From Eledone cirrhosa (Eukaryota): DNA of 64,000 bases. Location: positions 305,598,001 to 305,662,000 of the forward strand of contig OZ024741.1 in NCBI GenBank assembly GCA_964016885.1. Reading direction: 5' to 3'. Shown piece after piece: positions 37,720 to 51,688 of this stretch. The notes under the pieces were generated by a model. It was given only the letters and a program-made list of their open reading frames with translations. It did no database searches and was not told the DNA's origin. The first letter of the stretch is position 1. Every line of letters begins with the position of its first letter. Both the position numbers and the translations under genes were made by a program.

Positions 37720-38357
37720 AGCGAAGTTGATCCAGCGCATAGACCAACCCCTAAAATTCTTAGGTGTAGTTCAGGTGAAGCAGCATGCGTACTTCCATAT
37801 GTTATATTCAGCGGTTGTCGACTTGTACGCCGGCATATACGGTATATCTACACACACACACATATATATATATATATAAATAGATAGATATAGATATATA
37901 TGTATATATTAAAAGGCACTTGCCTAAGGAGCCAGCTAGTGAGCTTCAACCTGGAATGATGTGGCTGCAAGGAGCACTTCTTGACACCACATAGGCAATA
38001 TGTGAAAAAGAAAATCTGCTTATTTTAAAGTTTTTTCCTCTGCTTCAGATCAAGTTTCCTTTTATAATCCAACATTACATATCATGGAAACACACGTTAT
38101 CTCTTTTCATATCAACCACCTTTACCTTTATTCTTTGCTGTTGTATGTTAGAAAACTTTGTCTACGATAGACATATCTCTTCTTTTCCACACAACAGATT
38201 AACACTTTTATTCCAAATCTACTGTACATGATTAAGTCACTACCACAAAGTGAAAGTGAATGTCTTCGTGGTTAGGCTATTTTGCTCTTAATCATAAAGT
38301 CATGAGTTCAATTCTTGGTAGTGCATTGTGTCCTTATGCAAGATGCTTTATTCCCCA

Positions 38358-38951
38358 CTATAGTTTTTTCAACATGCTGACATGTGTATGAGTATATTAT
38401 TATGAACGTGCAAACACAGATATACTTACAAAAATACACACTCACAGACATACATGTTAGATAATGTGAATGTTTGACACTGTTTTCTGTTGTTTGTCAT
38501 CACCCCTTCCTTCCTCAGCCATCTCTAGTGCGTGATGTCATCACTCCTTCCTTCCTCAATCATATCTAGTGCGTGATGTCATCACTCCTTCCTTCCTCAG
38601 TCATTTCTTTTGCTTGATGTCATCACCCCTTCCTTCCTCAATCATCTCTAGAGTGTGATGTCATCACCCCTTCCTTCCTCAGTCATCTCTAGTGTGTGAT
38701 GTCATCACCCCTTCCTTCCTCAGTCATCTCTAGTGTGTGATGTCATCACCCCTTCCTTCCTCAGTCATCTCTAGTGTGTGATGTCATCACCCCTTCCTTC
38801 CTCAATCATCTCTAGTGTGTGATGTCATCACCCTTTCCTTCCTCAGTCATCTCTAGTGTGTGATGTCATCACCCTTTCCTTCCTCAGTCATCTCTAGTGT
38901 GGATTGGAAGGAAGGACGGATGGATGGAAGTCACTCAAATTTATATATAGA
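38358..38951 (-). mobile_element. Non-autonomous Helitron-like element with an internal 41-bp tandem array (about 38495-38900)
   Basis: Minus-strand start A|TCTATATATAAATTTGAGTGACTTCC; same flanks as the copy at 40089. Confidence 0.7.
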
Positions 38952-38959
38952 TTGTTCCA

Positions 38960-39510
38960 GTAAACTGAACTGGAAAAAATGAGCTGTGCCTGTATATTTC
39001 AAAGGGTCAGCTTTGTCACCATGTCATGTTGACTTGCTGAGAACTATGCTAAGGGTGCATGTGTCTATGGAATGTTAAATTCTTGTACATCAATTTCACA
39101 ACCAGGCATTTGATTCCCAGTGATGTGTTGTATCTTTGAGCAAGATATTTTATTTCTCTTGTTCTAGCCAACCTTATCAGAGTGTCATGCTGACTCTTGC
39201 TGAGAATTATGTTAACGGTGCATGTGTCTGTGGGATACTCAACCACTTGTGCATCAATTTCATGGGAAGGAGTTTGATATCCAGTGACATGTCTTTTAGC
39301 AAAAGACTTTATTTCATTTTGCTCCAGCCATAAAAAATAAGTTGCACCTGTATATTTCAAAGGGCCAGCCTTGTCCCACACTGTTTCACGCTGAATCTTC
39401 CTGAGAACTACGTTATGAGTATATTCGTCTGTAGAATGCTCAACCACTTGCACATTAATTTCCTGTGCAGGCCATTCCATTGTTTGTACAACTGGAACAC
39501 ACATCATTAC
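38960..39510 (+). repeat. Tandem partial copies of an interspersed repeat (also about 36825-36940)
   Basis: cctgtatatttcaaaggg.cagc.ttgtc and ctgagaactac/tgttaa..gt..atgtgtctgtgg recur. Confidence 0.6.
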
Positions 39511-40088
39511 AATTGATGGAGGTTCAACATTACCTCAAACCGAAATCATATTTTCTTTCTGCTTTAATAATATCCATGTCTCCCAACACCTTTCTTTATC
39601 ACAGACGTCAGAAATTCTATTGGAAAGTATTAAAAGCAATTCAGAAAGGTTGAATGTTATGGCTGCTTTATCTTTTACAAGAGAAAGCAATTTGAGTGGG
39701 TTAATAACAACAATAACAATAATAGTTGCAACAGCAAGAACAACAACAATAACAGCAGCAACAGCCAAAACAAAAACAACAGTAACAGCTATTGACTGTA
39801 TCAACACTATGAATGCTAAAAATAGTGCCCTCTGTATTAACAGCAGTGGTCTGACTATGCTAATACCTCCACATAGAGCCAAATGGAAGGACTAAATGCC
39901 TGTGAGCAAAAAAAAAAAAGAAGAAAAAAAAGAAAATTCCGCCACCCCCTCAACCACTACCAAAATAAATAAATAAATGAAACAGATAATAGGGGAATAC
40001 TGTGATATGTCATGGTAACGTCGAAATTTAATTTCAAATATTAGTACCATTTCATCAATTCACTAAATTACATTGCATTTCTATACTA

Positions 40089-41321
40089 CTAGAATTTTTT
40101 ACAACACGCTGGCATGTGTATGAGTATATAAATATAAATACGCAAACACAGATACACTTACAAAAATACACACTTGCAAACAAACATTCACACATACATA
40201 CATTTACACAAACACTCATACACATACATTCACACACAAGTGTAGTGAATGTTAGACGCTGGTTTCTGTAGTTTGTCATCACCCCTTCCTTCCTCAATCA
40301 TCTCTAGAGTGTGATGTCATCACCCCTTCCCTCCTCAATCATCTCTAGTGCGTGATGTCATTACCCCTCCCCTCCTCGATCATCTCTAGTGTGCGACATC
40401 ATCACCCCTTCCCTCCTCAATAATCTCTAGTGTGCGACATCATCACCCCTTCCCTCCTCAATAATCTCTAGTGTGCGACATCATCACCCCTTCTTTCCTC
40501 AGCCATCTCTAGAGTGTGATGTCATCACCCCTTCCTTCCTCAATCATCTCTAGTGCGTGATGTCATCACCCCTTCCCTCCTCAATCATCTCTAGTGTGTG
40601 ACATCATCACCCCTTCCCTCCTCAATCATCTCTAGTGTGCGACATCATCACCCCTTCCCTCCTCAATAATCTCTAGTGTGCGACATCATCACCCCTTCCC
40701 TCCTCAATAATCTCTAGTGTGCGATATCATCACCCCTTCTTTCCTCAGTCATCTGTAGTGTGTCATTACCCCTTCCTTCCTCAGTCATCTCTAGTGTGTC
40801 ATCACCCCTTCCTTCCTCAGTCATCTCCAGTGTGCGACATCATCACCCCTTCCTTCCTCAATCATCTCTAGTGTGTGACGACATTACCCCTTCTTTCCTC
40901 AATCATCTCTAGTGTGTGACGTCATTACCCCTTCTTTCCTCAGTCATCTGTAGTATGTCATCACCCCTTCCTTCCTCAGTCATCTCTAGTGTGCGACATC
41001 ATCACCCCTTCCTTCCTCAATCATCTCTAGTGTGTGACATCATCACCCCTTCCTTCCTTCCTCAATCATCTCTAGTGTGTGACGTCATTACCCCTTCTTT
41101 CCTCAATCATCTCTAGTGTGTAACGTCATTACCCCTCCCTTCCTCAATCATCTCTAGTGTGTGACGTCATTACCCCTCCCTTCCTCAATCATCTCTAGTG
41201 TGTGACGTCATTACCCCTTCCTTCCTCAGTCATCTCTAGTGTGTCATCACCCCTTCCTTCCTCAGGCATCTCTACTGTGTGACGGAAGGACAGACGGAAG
41301 TCACTCAAATTTATATATAGA
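40089..41321 (-). mobile_element. Non-autonomous Helitron-like element with an expanded 41-bp array (about 40270-41282)
   Basis: 5' TCTATATATAAA..TCCGTCTGTCC; 3' short hairpin CACATG-CCAG-CGTGTTG then CTAG|T; unit gtcatcaccccttccttcctca(a/g)tcatctctagtgtgtga(c/t). Confidence 0.75.
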
Positions 41322-41628
41322 ATAAATTTCAGTTTTACTACATTTTACTAACTTTGTTTTATCTACAATGCAAAGCAAGTATTTTGGACATGTAGAAAGT
41401 TAAAACTGTTTTAATTACTAATTACTTTAAAATAGTAAAAAACGAACAAAGGTATTAATACTCCCAATATTCAATACTCTCATTCTGTAATATTGATTTC
41501 TAATTTAAGCACAAAACCAGCAAATTCTGAGTAAGGACAAAATTGGTTAACCCTTTAGCATTTACATTACTCTATATATACTATTGTATTTTCAAAATAA
41601 ACACTTTACCTCACATAATTATCTCACA

Positions 41629-42000
41629 TGGATTGGCAGTATCGGTAGAGGGTCGGACGCCATGCTTTCCAGCATAGTTACGTCCTTTTACGATCTGAGT
41701 TCAAATCCCGCCGAGGTTGACTTTGCCTTTCATCCTTACGAGGTCGATAAAATAAAGTACCAGTAATGCACTGGGTAATTGCTGCCCTTGTGCCTAAAGT
41801 AGAAACAATTATGTGAATTGACAGTATTGGTAGAGGGTTGGACGCCATGCTTTGATGCATAGAGTTACGGCCCTTGCCATTCTGACTTCAAATCCCGCCG
41901 AGGTTAACTTTGCCTTTCATCCTTACGGGGTCGATAAAATAAAGTACCAGTAATGCACTGGGTAATTGCGGGCCTTGTGCTAAAAAGTAGAAACAATTAT
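41629..42000 (+). mobile_element. Tandem dimer of SINE family A inside a piggyBac-type MITE
   Basis: Two complete SINE units interrupt the MITE sequence seen uninterrupted at 34989-35203. Confidence 0.88.
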
Positions 42001-43675
42001 ATCGAATCTATGAGATTTTGATATTATTTATTTTGAGAGCAATACCTTAACATCAGTATGAGCAACCAGTTACAGCCAGTCTGAACAGAAATGGGTGAGA
42101 GAATTCTGACTGGATATGGCCGGTTCAAATGCTAAAGGGTTAAATCAACTCCAGTTCTTTACTGGTACTTAATTTTATCACCTGCTGAAGGATGAAAAGC
42201 AAAGCTGCTCTCAATAGGATTTGAACTCAAAACGTTCAATAATGGTACTGCTGCTGAAAAATCAAACCAATGTTTATACAGCCATTCATTTAAGTAAGGT
42301 CACTTTATCTCACCTTGACTACACTTATTATTTCTAGTGGCTTCTTCGTGCTTTATAAAGGAAAGGTTCAATCCACCGGATCAGATTTCTTCATTATTCT
42401 CAAGCTCGGAGGCTCATCGGGTTGGTGTTTATTCTGGTTCCATCAGCAGTATATAGTTGAGAGAAAGAACCCCTCACTCACTACTTTACTTGTACTTGTG
42501 GTTATGTTCACCCAGAGTGGGTTGAGCTGACTCCATCAAAGGAATTCACGATGTAAGTTCCTTTCAATGGAATTTCTTCTGGCAATAGGTTTCACAAGCG
42601 GTGTCCATCTGCAAGTATATGCCCTTAACGATAGTGCAATTCAAGCATTGCATCACTTATAGCACTGAGCTCTCACTTTCACAGCCAACCCAATTTGGTG
42701 GAGCCAGTGCCACAATAGGGACCTATAGGAGGGAGTTTGACTGGTAGAGGTGATAAACACAACCTATTTGAGCCATTAACTGTTCATAATTAAGTTTTAA
42801 TTGGGACAGAAACTCACATGTGTTGTTATGGCAGCTGCAATAATAACTGTGATAGTTGTGGATAGGGGTAGGCAGTGAGAAATGCTACAAATAGTTCACT
42901 CACATGCCATGTAGCAACTTGACCAAATATACAAATGAATTTAAATTGATACACAAAACATTGACTCACTGTACCACACAATGTAAATTTGATGCAAAAA
43001 AAAAACATAAATATATATGTGTGTCTGGGATTGTAATGAAAGCATAATGAACTGTTACAATGTACATATCTCTCTTAAAATTGTTAGCGACATAACCACA
43101 ATGGGGATATGCCAGGAATTTAAACCAAGTCACTTGCTTTACCGCATTCATTATATAATGGACAGGAATATAAACTGTTTTGATAATTGTTAAAAGCCAT
43201 GTTAATGCTATTTCTGCTCAGATACATATGAATAAACAGGAATATTCTTGAAAACTGTTATCGCATGATAATCTACATTTCATAATTCCACGATGGGTGG
43301 ATCACGTAATCTAAGTAAGTAATTCATATATTTTATTTGTTAATCTGTTGTTTTCCATTCATTTGTATTTCATGTTAGAAAAAATGTATTAAAGAAATAT
43401 AAAGAAGAAAGTTAGTAGTAAGAAAAGGCTGACAGGAGTTGAATTCTCTCTCAGATGGTACAAAATAAAGATAGGATTCTAGTAAAAGATGAAAAACGGT
43501 TTGTTTCTTATCAAGAATGCAGGTAAGTAATTGAGAAGTGGTGTAAACCTCAAATTGCATTAGCAAGTATCTTTATTAGGCATGGCTTCAATGAAATAAA
43601 ATTAAAAAAACCTTTATGATGTTATATATATATATGTATGTATGTATGCATGCAAATATATATATATAGTATGTA

Positions 43676-43758
<83 letters not shown>

Positions 43759-44269
43759 GAGTTGGTTTAATAATGCACAAGATTCAGCTCTTGGTCATCA
43801 GAAGGGCAGGAGGTGTAAAAGCCAGACTTGCTATCTTTAATTCATGTTTTGCCTACCCTTAATTATAGTCATGATTTCTCGATAATGATAAAAAAAAATA
43901 CAATCACAAATACAAGCAGCCAAAATGGGGCTCCTTCAAAGGCTTATTGATGTAATATTACTAAATAGGGTGATAGTTCGGAGATCAGGGAGTCACACCA
44001 AGTAGAGCTGCTATTTCTCCAAATTGAGAAATAACAGCTCTGATACTTTGGACATGTGGTTAGAATGTCTCAGGAAAGAATTGTGGGACAGATTTTACAG
44101 GTAAATCAACTGGCAGGAAACCCAGAGGTAGACCATGAGCAAGATGAGTGGACAACATCCATGCTAGCTAACACCCATGCTAGCATAGGAGATAGACGTT
44201 AAACGAAACGAAACGAGCTGGGTTGGTGTATATATGATGTATATGTATATATATATATATGTATATATA

Positions 44270-46240
44270 TCATCATCATTTTACGTCCGCTTTTCCTTGC
44301 TTGCAAGAGTGGGTTGGGTCATATTCAGCACAGTATCTTTCCACTTGTCACGGTCCTTCGTCATCTCCACCGTGAGCTTCAGCGATCTGAGGTCTGTTCT
44401 CACCACCTCTGCCCATGTTTTTCATGGTCTTCCTCTACTATGTCTTCCTTCAACTGACATTTCTTGGCATTTCTTCACCCATCAGTCATCCTCCATGCGC
44501 ATCACATGTCCATACCATCGCAGCCTCCTCTCCCGCACACTACAATTTATCCCTCTCAGACACAGTGTCTCTCAAAACTCATCCATTGCACATCCAACGG
44601 AGCATGCTTGCCTCATTTCTCCCCAGCCATCGCATATCCTCTGCAGTTGCTGCCCATGTCTCACTACCATGCAGGATCGCACACCTCACACAGGTATCAT
44701 ATAACCAGCCTTTCATATGCAGGGAGAAACCCTTCTTCATCAGCAGAGGAAGCAGCTCCCTAAACTTCTTCCAACCCGTCCTTATTCTAGATACTATGGC
44801 CTCGGAACACCCCCCCTCCCATGCTAATCTGATCACCTAGGCACCGGAAGATATCAACCACTTCTATAGCACCCACCTGCATTTGAAAAATGTGTCTATC
44901 AATGCAACTTCTACTGTCTAATTTCCCTGTACATCTACTGCATACATATTTCTCCCTCCCTGTTAGTTTGCCTGCTATCCCACTACATCTCTTGTGTACC
45001 TAAGATCTGCATTGAGTACATTTTATAGAATTTATGCCAGTTCCTTTTCTGCATATCGAACATAGCCATTTCCCTGATGGAATCAGAGTTTTGTCCTCTT
45101 TTCTACTCATCAACACTTTTGTCTTAGCTAGGTTCACTCTCAGTCCTCTTGATTCCAACTGATGTTTCCATAGCCAGAATTTATTCTCTAGCTCCTCTAC
45201 TGATTCTGCTATAAGAACCAGATCGTCAGCATAGAGAAGTTCCCACGGACAGCCAGGATTAAACTCCTCTGTTATGGCTTGGAGGACTATAATGAACAAG
45301 AGCGGGCTGAGGACCGAACCCTGATGTTTGCTTACTTGTATCTGGAATTCCTCACTAAACTCCATTCCTACTCTCACTTTACTGACAGCACCTCTGTACA
45401 TAGCTTGCACAGTCCTCACAAGCCATTCCTCAACACCTAGTTTCCTTAGGGACCACCAGATGACAGATCGGGGTACCCTATCAAAGGCCTTCTCTAGGTC
45501 AACAAAGGCTAAGTATAGTGGCTTATTCTTCTCTAAGAACCTCTCTTGCAATTGTCTCACTAAGAAGAAGGCATCTGTTGTACTTTTCCGAGGCACAAAA
45601 CCAAACTGCATCTCATCTAGTTTGACCCTTTCTCTAATTAGTTGCGTTAATATCCTTTCTGCCACTTTCATAACCTGATCCATCAGTTTTATACCCCTAT
45701 AATTGCTCCTCTCCAGAGCATCCCCTTTACCTTTGTAGTAATTTATGAGAATACTGCTGCACCAGTCTTTGGGTATGAAACCGCCATATATAGCCTGATT
45801 GATGATGCGTGCAACCAGTTTAGTGCCTACGTCCCCTGATGCCTTCATCATCTAACCAACTATCCACGACGGTCCAGCAGCCTTACCATTTTTCATTTCC
45901 TTAATCACCTCTTGACCCTATATTCGTCAATCTCAATAGCTGGTCCCTCTGTCGGATCTACTGGGGGTAATTTCTCTCTCTCCCATTCGTTCTCCACATT
46001 CATCAGTCTCTCATAATGACATTTCCAGGCCTCCTTTTTCTGATCATTCGTGACACTAAGTACACCGGCATCATTCTGGACACATTTATCTCCAACAACA
46101 TCCTGATTTACATTGACACACTGCCTTGCAATGTGGAACACTGGACGTCTCAGAACATTGGCAAACATGCTACTCTCAGCCCTCCCTGCGTGCTAAGTAC
46201 ACCTGACGTCTAGCTTCTCTCTTAGCGGCTGTATATCCTT
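44270..46240 (-). mobile_element. 5'-truncated RTE LINE
   Basis: ORF 45000..45851 with DLEKAFDRV, QGSVLSP and YADD; (GAT)n tail near 44270. Confidence 0.9.
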
Positions 46241-47099
46241 CTAGTAGAGAAAGATATACAGCCGCTAAGAGAGAATCTGGGACGTCAGGTCTACTTAGCA
46301 CGCATATATATATATATATATATATATATGATATATATATATATACATATATATATATGATATATATATATGATGTATATGTATATATGTGTGTATATGT
46401 ATGTGTGTGTGAATATATATATATATGTATGTATGTGCGTGCATGTATATATGTCTATGTTTGCATTTGTTTTTGTGTTTATGCTTATATCTCTGATCAA
46501 CAAAAAAGAGATAAAAACAAATCAGTACTGGGATCAATATGGTCGACTAAAAGAGACAGTGCACCAGCATGGTCACTATCTAATGACTTAAACTAGTAAA
46601 AGAATAGAAGAATCCAAACACTCAACTTTTCTGTTGATGGATTGGCACTGAATGGGCCAGCTGAAACTCATTTTGGTTTACAAATGTGAAATAGATTCTG
46701 ATAAGGAAGGAAATATAAAAAAATAAACCACACATTAATATACAAAGAAACATTTAAAGGAGGGAAATACAGGAAACAGGATGTGTAGAGGCATTTCGAA
46801 AACTATTTATAAGCTTCTTTTATTAAATATTAACAGAAGATTGGAACCAGATCTTATACTAGAACAAAATTCAATTTTGTGTTTTGTTTTCTGTGTATAT
46901 ATGGGAAGATGTAAGTTTACCTCTGAGCACGGCTGCACCATTCATAAAGCTGAATAGATTGAAGCCTAGAAGCTCCACAGGGACTAGGGCCTTAATAATT
47001 TTTTTGTATGACCTCATCATGAAAAGAATTTTAAAATTGACAGTAATCCATCAATCAACCATCATATAGCGTGTGTGTTTCTATATTTTCTATATACTC

Positions 47100-47611
47100 A
47101 AGTTATTTTTTACATGCTGACGTGTATGTGTATATATGTGTGTGTGTGCGTATGTGCATATGCATATGTTTATGCATACACTGTAAATGAGGTTGGAAGG
47201 GCATCCAGTTGTAGGAATCAAGCCCAAATCAGTTCTGTATGAGCAAGACATGGTCATCTGACCTGGCATTGCTCACTTCAGGACAACCCGTCTAACCCAT
47301 GCTAACATGGAAGAATGGATGTAAAATGGTGATGATGATGATGATGAGTATATAAATATAAATGCACAAACGCCAACACACTTACAAAAATACACACTCA
47401 CAGACATACATTCAAACAAACACACACACATACATTTATACAAACACATACACATATGCTCACACGTACCATAGCAAATGGAACGCCAGTCGCTGTTTTG
47501 CTATAGTTTTTTTCACCATCCCCTTTCTTCCTTTTACACACACTTACATTTACACTAATACATACACACACATTGTGTGATGGATGGAAATCGCTCAAAT
47601 TTATATATAGA
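47100..47611 (-). mobile_element. Array-less Helitron-like copy interrupted by an RTE 3' UTR fragment (about 47178-47347)
   Basis: Same terminal ctcaaatttatatataga and acatgctgac.tgt motifs as the 38358 and 40089 copies. Confidence 0.6.
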
Positions 47612-49169
47612 TATAACCCATGCTAGCGTGGAAGATGGACGTTAAACGAAGATGAGATGATGATATCTATGTCTAATTCTTTAAAATTTACACAACACAC
47701 ACACACAGATTATGCATTACTATTGCTACAATAAGAAGTTCACATTCCAATCACAAAGTGCTGAGCTCTAACCCTACATTTGTCTTTCATCATCATCATC
47801 AACATCATTTTACGCCCGCTTTTCCCTGCTTGCAAGAGTGGGACAATAAACGGTCGGCTTACCTTGCCTTGCTCATATGGGAACTTATTCTGGCTTGATT
47901 TCTACAGCTGGATGCCCTTATTAACACCAACCTCATTTACGGTGAGTGCTGGGTGCTTTTTTTCCGTGGCACCTACACGTCCACTTTACAGTGTGGTTGG
48001 GTGATTTTTTTGCCGTGGCACCTCCACGACCACTTTGCAGTGGAATGATAGGGACCCCAGTCCTATCATCTCATTTCTACAGCTGAGTAAACTGGAGCAA
48101 TTTGAAATAAAGTGTCTTGCTCAAGGAAACAACACATCACCCGGTCTGAGAATTGAACTTACAACCTTTCGATTGCAAGCCCAATGCTCTAACCCCTAAG
48201 CCATGTGCTTTCTTTGTAAATAGTTATTTCTCTAAAGTTATTCATACATTTAACCTTTAGCATTTAAACCAGCCGTATCCGACCAGAATTCTCTCAATCC
48301 TTTCTGTTTAACCAGCTATAACCGGCTGCTCATACTAATGTTAAGGTATTGTTCTCGAAATAAATAATATCAAAATCTCATAGATTTGATATTATGTGAA
48401 ATAAAGTGTTTACCAAGAAAATACAATAGTAAATATATAGGGTAATGCAAATGTTAAAGAGTTAATCTTGTATATCATTTGCACATTTAAGCTGAATATT
48501 AGTGTAGGTATATCCTTGAAATAAATTATCAAAATATCATTCTTATCTTTAATTTGCTTCCACATGTAGTAATCAACATAAATTACAGAGTTTCTCTTAT
48601 GCAAACCATTAATTTATCAAAACACAAATACCATAGTTTGCATGATTGTTTATATATCCCCTAATCCTGGTATTCCTGGTAATCCTGGTATTCCTGGTAA
48701 TCCTGGCATTCCAATCCTGAACTCCCAAAATTAAATATGTTCATCACTAGGGCCACCTTTATTGGTGATATGGGTACACATGCATATAATAATCAATAAA
48801 TGTCCTTTCACTGTGTATTGATAGCTTGATGACATGATTAAATAGAGAGGGGTGCTGGTTGTGGTGGGCATGGGGGTTATGGTGGTGGTTGTGGGGATGG
48901 TAGGTATGGTGCTGGTGGTGGTTGTGGTATTGGTGTTGGTGGTGGTGATGGTAAGGAGAACTATGAAATTCATTAAAAAGTGACAAACCAATAAATGGAT
49001 GAGAGAGAGAGACTACTCTCAAGGACTACTAGACAAAGGGAGAAAGAAGGGGGCATGGGAGAGGGTGACACACTCTACACCTAGATCAGACTGGTGTTTC
49101 AGATGGGCCCTGCAGAAACCAAGTAATACAATATAGTGTCATACTCCATGACTGTTGTAGCAGCATCAC

Positions 49170-50910
49170 CATCAACTGCGACAAGAGCAAAGGAGATGCT
49201 CTAGGCAGAGAAAACTATAGAGGTATTAAGTTGGTTAACCAGGTTATGAAGGTCACAGAAAGAGTTATAGCACAACTGATTACGGAATGAGTTAACCTCA
49301 ATGGGATGCAGTTTGGATTTGTGTCAGATAAAAGTACCACAGATGCCCTCCTCCTTGTAAGGCAACTACAGGAGAAGTAACTAGCTAAAGGTAAACCCCT
49401 CTACTTGGCTTTTGTGGACATGGAGAAAGCTTTTGATAGAGTCTCTCATTCCATTATCTGGTGGGCTCTTAGAAAGCTAGGATAGATGAATGGCTTATGA
49501 GGGTAGTACAAGCCATGTATAGAGGAACAGTCAGCAAGGTCAGAATTAGCAATGACTATAGAATTTAGCATGCAGGTTGGTGTCCATCAGGGCTCAATTC
49601 TTAGCTTTGTCCTGTTTATTATCATCCAGGCTATAACGGGAGAGTTTAAGACTGGCTGCCCTTGGGAATTCCTGTATACAAATGACCTAACCCTTCTATG
49701 GCTCAATTAGAGAAGAAATACCAAAACTTGAAGCATGGCCTAGAATCAAAAAGTCTAAAAGTCAACTTGGCAAAGACTAAAATTCTAGTCAATAGAAATG
49801 AAAACAAGGCCCAAATCCCCTCAGGGAAATGACTTTGCTCAGTGTGCAGAAAAGGAGTAAGTAGAAATCACATCCTATGTTCCAAATGCAAGCTATTGGT
49901 ACACAAGAGATGTAATGGAATTTCATGTAGGCAAACAAAGAACATGGTTTTATATGTCGCTGATGCACAGGTGCAGTAAGTAGTAAGAGTTCTCAGAATA
50001 CAATCTCCTTCAAATGCCCAGAAGGCTCTGTAGAAGTAATAGATAGTTTTTGTTACCTGGGTGATCAAATTAGCAGTGGTGATCAAAACACAGTAGCCAG
50101 AGTGAGAATGGGCTGGAGAAAGTTCAGGGAATTACTACTGCTGCTAAATACAAAAGGTTTTTTTCCTTAAAATGAAAGGCAGACTGTATGATGCATGTAT
50201 ACAAACAGCAATGTTGCATTGTAGTGAAACCTGGGCACTGTATGCAAAGGACCTGCAAACATTGGAAAGAAATGAAGCTTCCATGCTTCAATGGATGTGC
50301 AATAGTAATACACATGAATGGCAAAGTATAAATGAACTGAGAGAGAAATTAGGCATAAGAGGGATCAGATGCAATGTGCAGGAGAGGAGATTGCATTGGT
50401 ATGACATGTGATGTGTATGAACGATAACAGCTGTATAAAAAGGTGCAGAGCACTCAAAGTTGATGGAAGCTATGGAGTGGGGAGACCTAGGAAGACTTGG
50501 GATGAGGTGATAAAAGCTGACCTTGCACAATTGCACCTCTCAAGGGCAATTACACAAGACTGTGATCTCTGGCGCTATGCAGTAATACAGAAGACCAGCC
50601 AACTCTGTAAAGTAGTCATGTTGGTGACATGACAAAAAGTGCCCAACCCACACTGTAAAATGGCCGTGTAAGTGTGACAACAAAAAGCACCCAGTCCACA
50701 CTGTAAAGTGGTTGTGTAGGAGTCACGATAAAAAGCACCCAGTCCACACTGTAAATGTGGTTGGCATTAGGAAGCACATCCAGCTGTAGTAACCAAGCCA
50801 AAATCAGTTCTGTGTAAGCAAAACACTGTCCTCTGACCTGGCTTGTCTCACAACGGGACAGCTCATCCAACCCATGTTAGCATGGAAAATAGACATTAAA
50901 TGATGATGAT
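49170..50910 (+). mobile_element. Degenerate 5'-truncated RTE LINE
   Basis: MKGRLYDACIQTAMLHCSETWAL, GRPRKTW, 3' UTR and GATGATGAT tail. Confidence 0.88.
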
Positions 50911-51355
50911 CTTGAAACAAATGTACATGATTTGTTGTTATAATGATGATATTTTGTTTTGTATTACAGGTAAATGACAAAACTCAACTGACAAACTCAT
51001 TATTGTATTCAGTTATTCAGACAACATTTGTCAAAGATTCAAAATACATCAGCAGGTATTTAGTTACTTGGTTAGTTAGCTGTGGCGTTTATTGTCTAGT
51101 TTCTTTTATTTTGATATGAATTATTTACAATAGTTGGTTAGATGTGAGGTTTGTACTGTATTACAAGGAAGATAAACTGTAGGTGGTAATCTGATACAAG
51201 CCCATAAAAACCAAAAAGCAAGGCACTGCAGGTTAGGAGTACAGTTGGAAAATTGTTTTGCCATGTAAATGTATATCTTGTTGGTATGATCTGAGCCATA
51301 AGGCAGATCGCGTTAAACAAACATTTTCTCTGAGTTATGTTTACATAGGAATATA

Positions 51356-51395
<40 letters not shown>

Positions 51396-51495
51396 TATAT
51401 TTACACATATATATATACATATATATATATTTATATATATATACATATACATATATATATGTATGTATATATATATATATATGTATGTATATATA

Positions 51496-51528
<33 letters not shown>

Positions 51529-51616
51529 TTATATATATATATTTATATATATATATATATATACATATATATATTTATGTGTGTGTGCATTATATATATA
51601 TATATATATGTATATG

Positions 51617-51688
<72 letters not shown>

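Noticed and set aside
39049-39895. 152-aa and 115-aa ORFs
   Set aside because: They overlap an interspersed repeat and an (AAC/AGC)n tract; no domain motifs.
38495-41282. 41-bp arrays as CRISPR or hammerhead arrays (CTGAGGA on minus)
   Set aside because: Head-to-tail units without spacers, and no GAAA or stems follow the CTGAGGA.
48660-48712. Collagen-like NPGIPG repeat
   Set aside because: Only about five 9-bp units, followed by stops, with no splice support.
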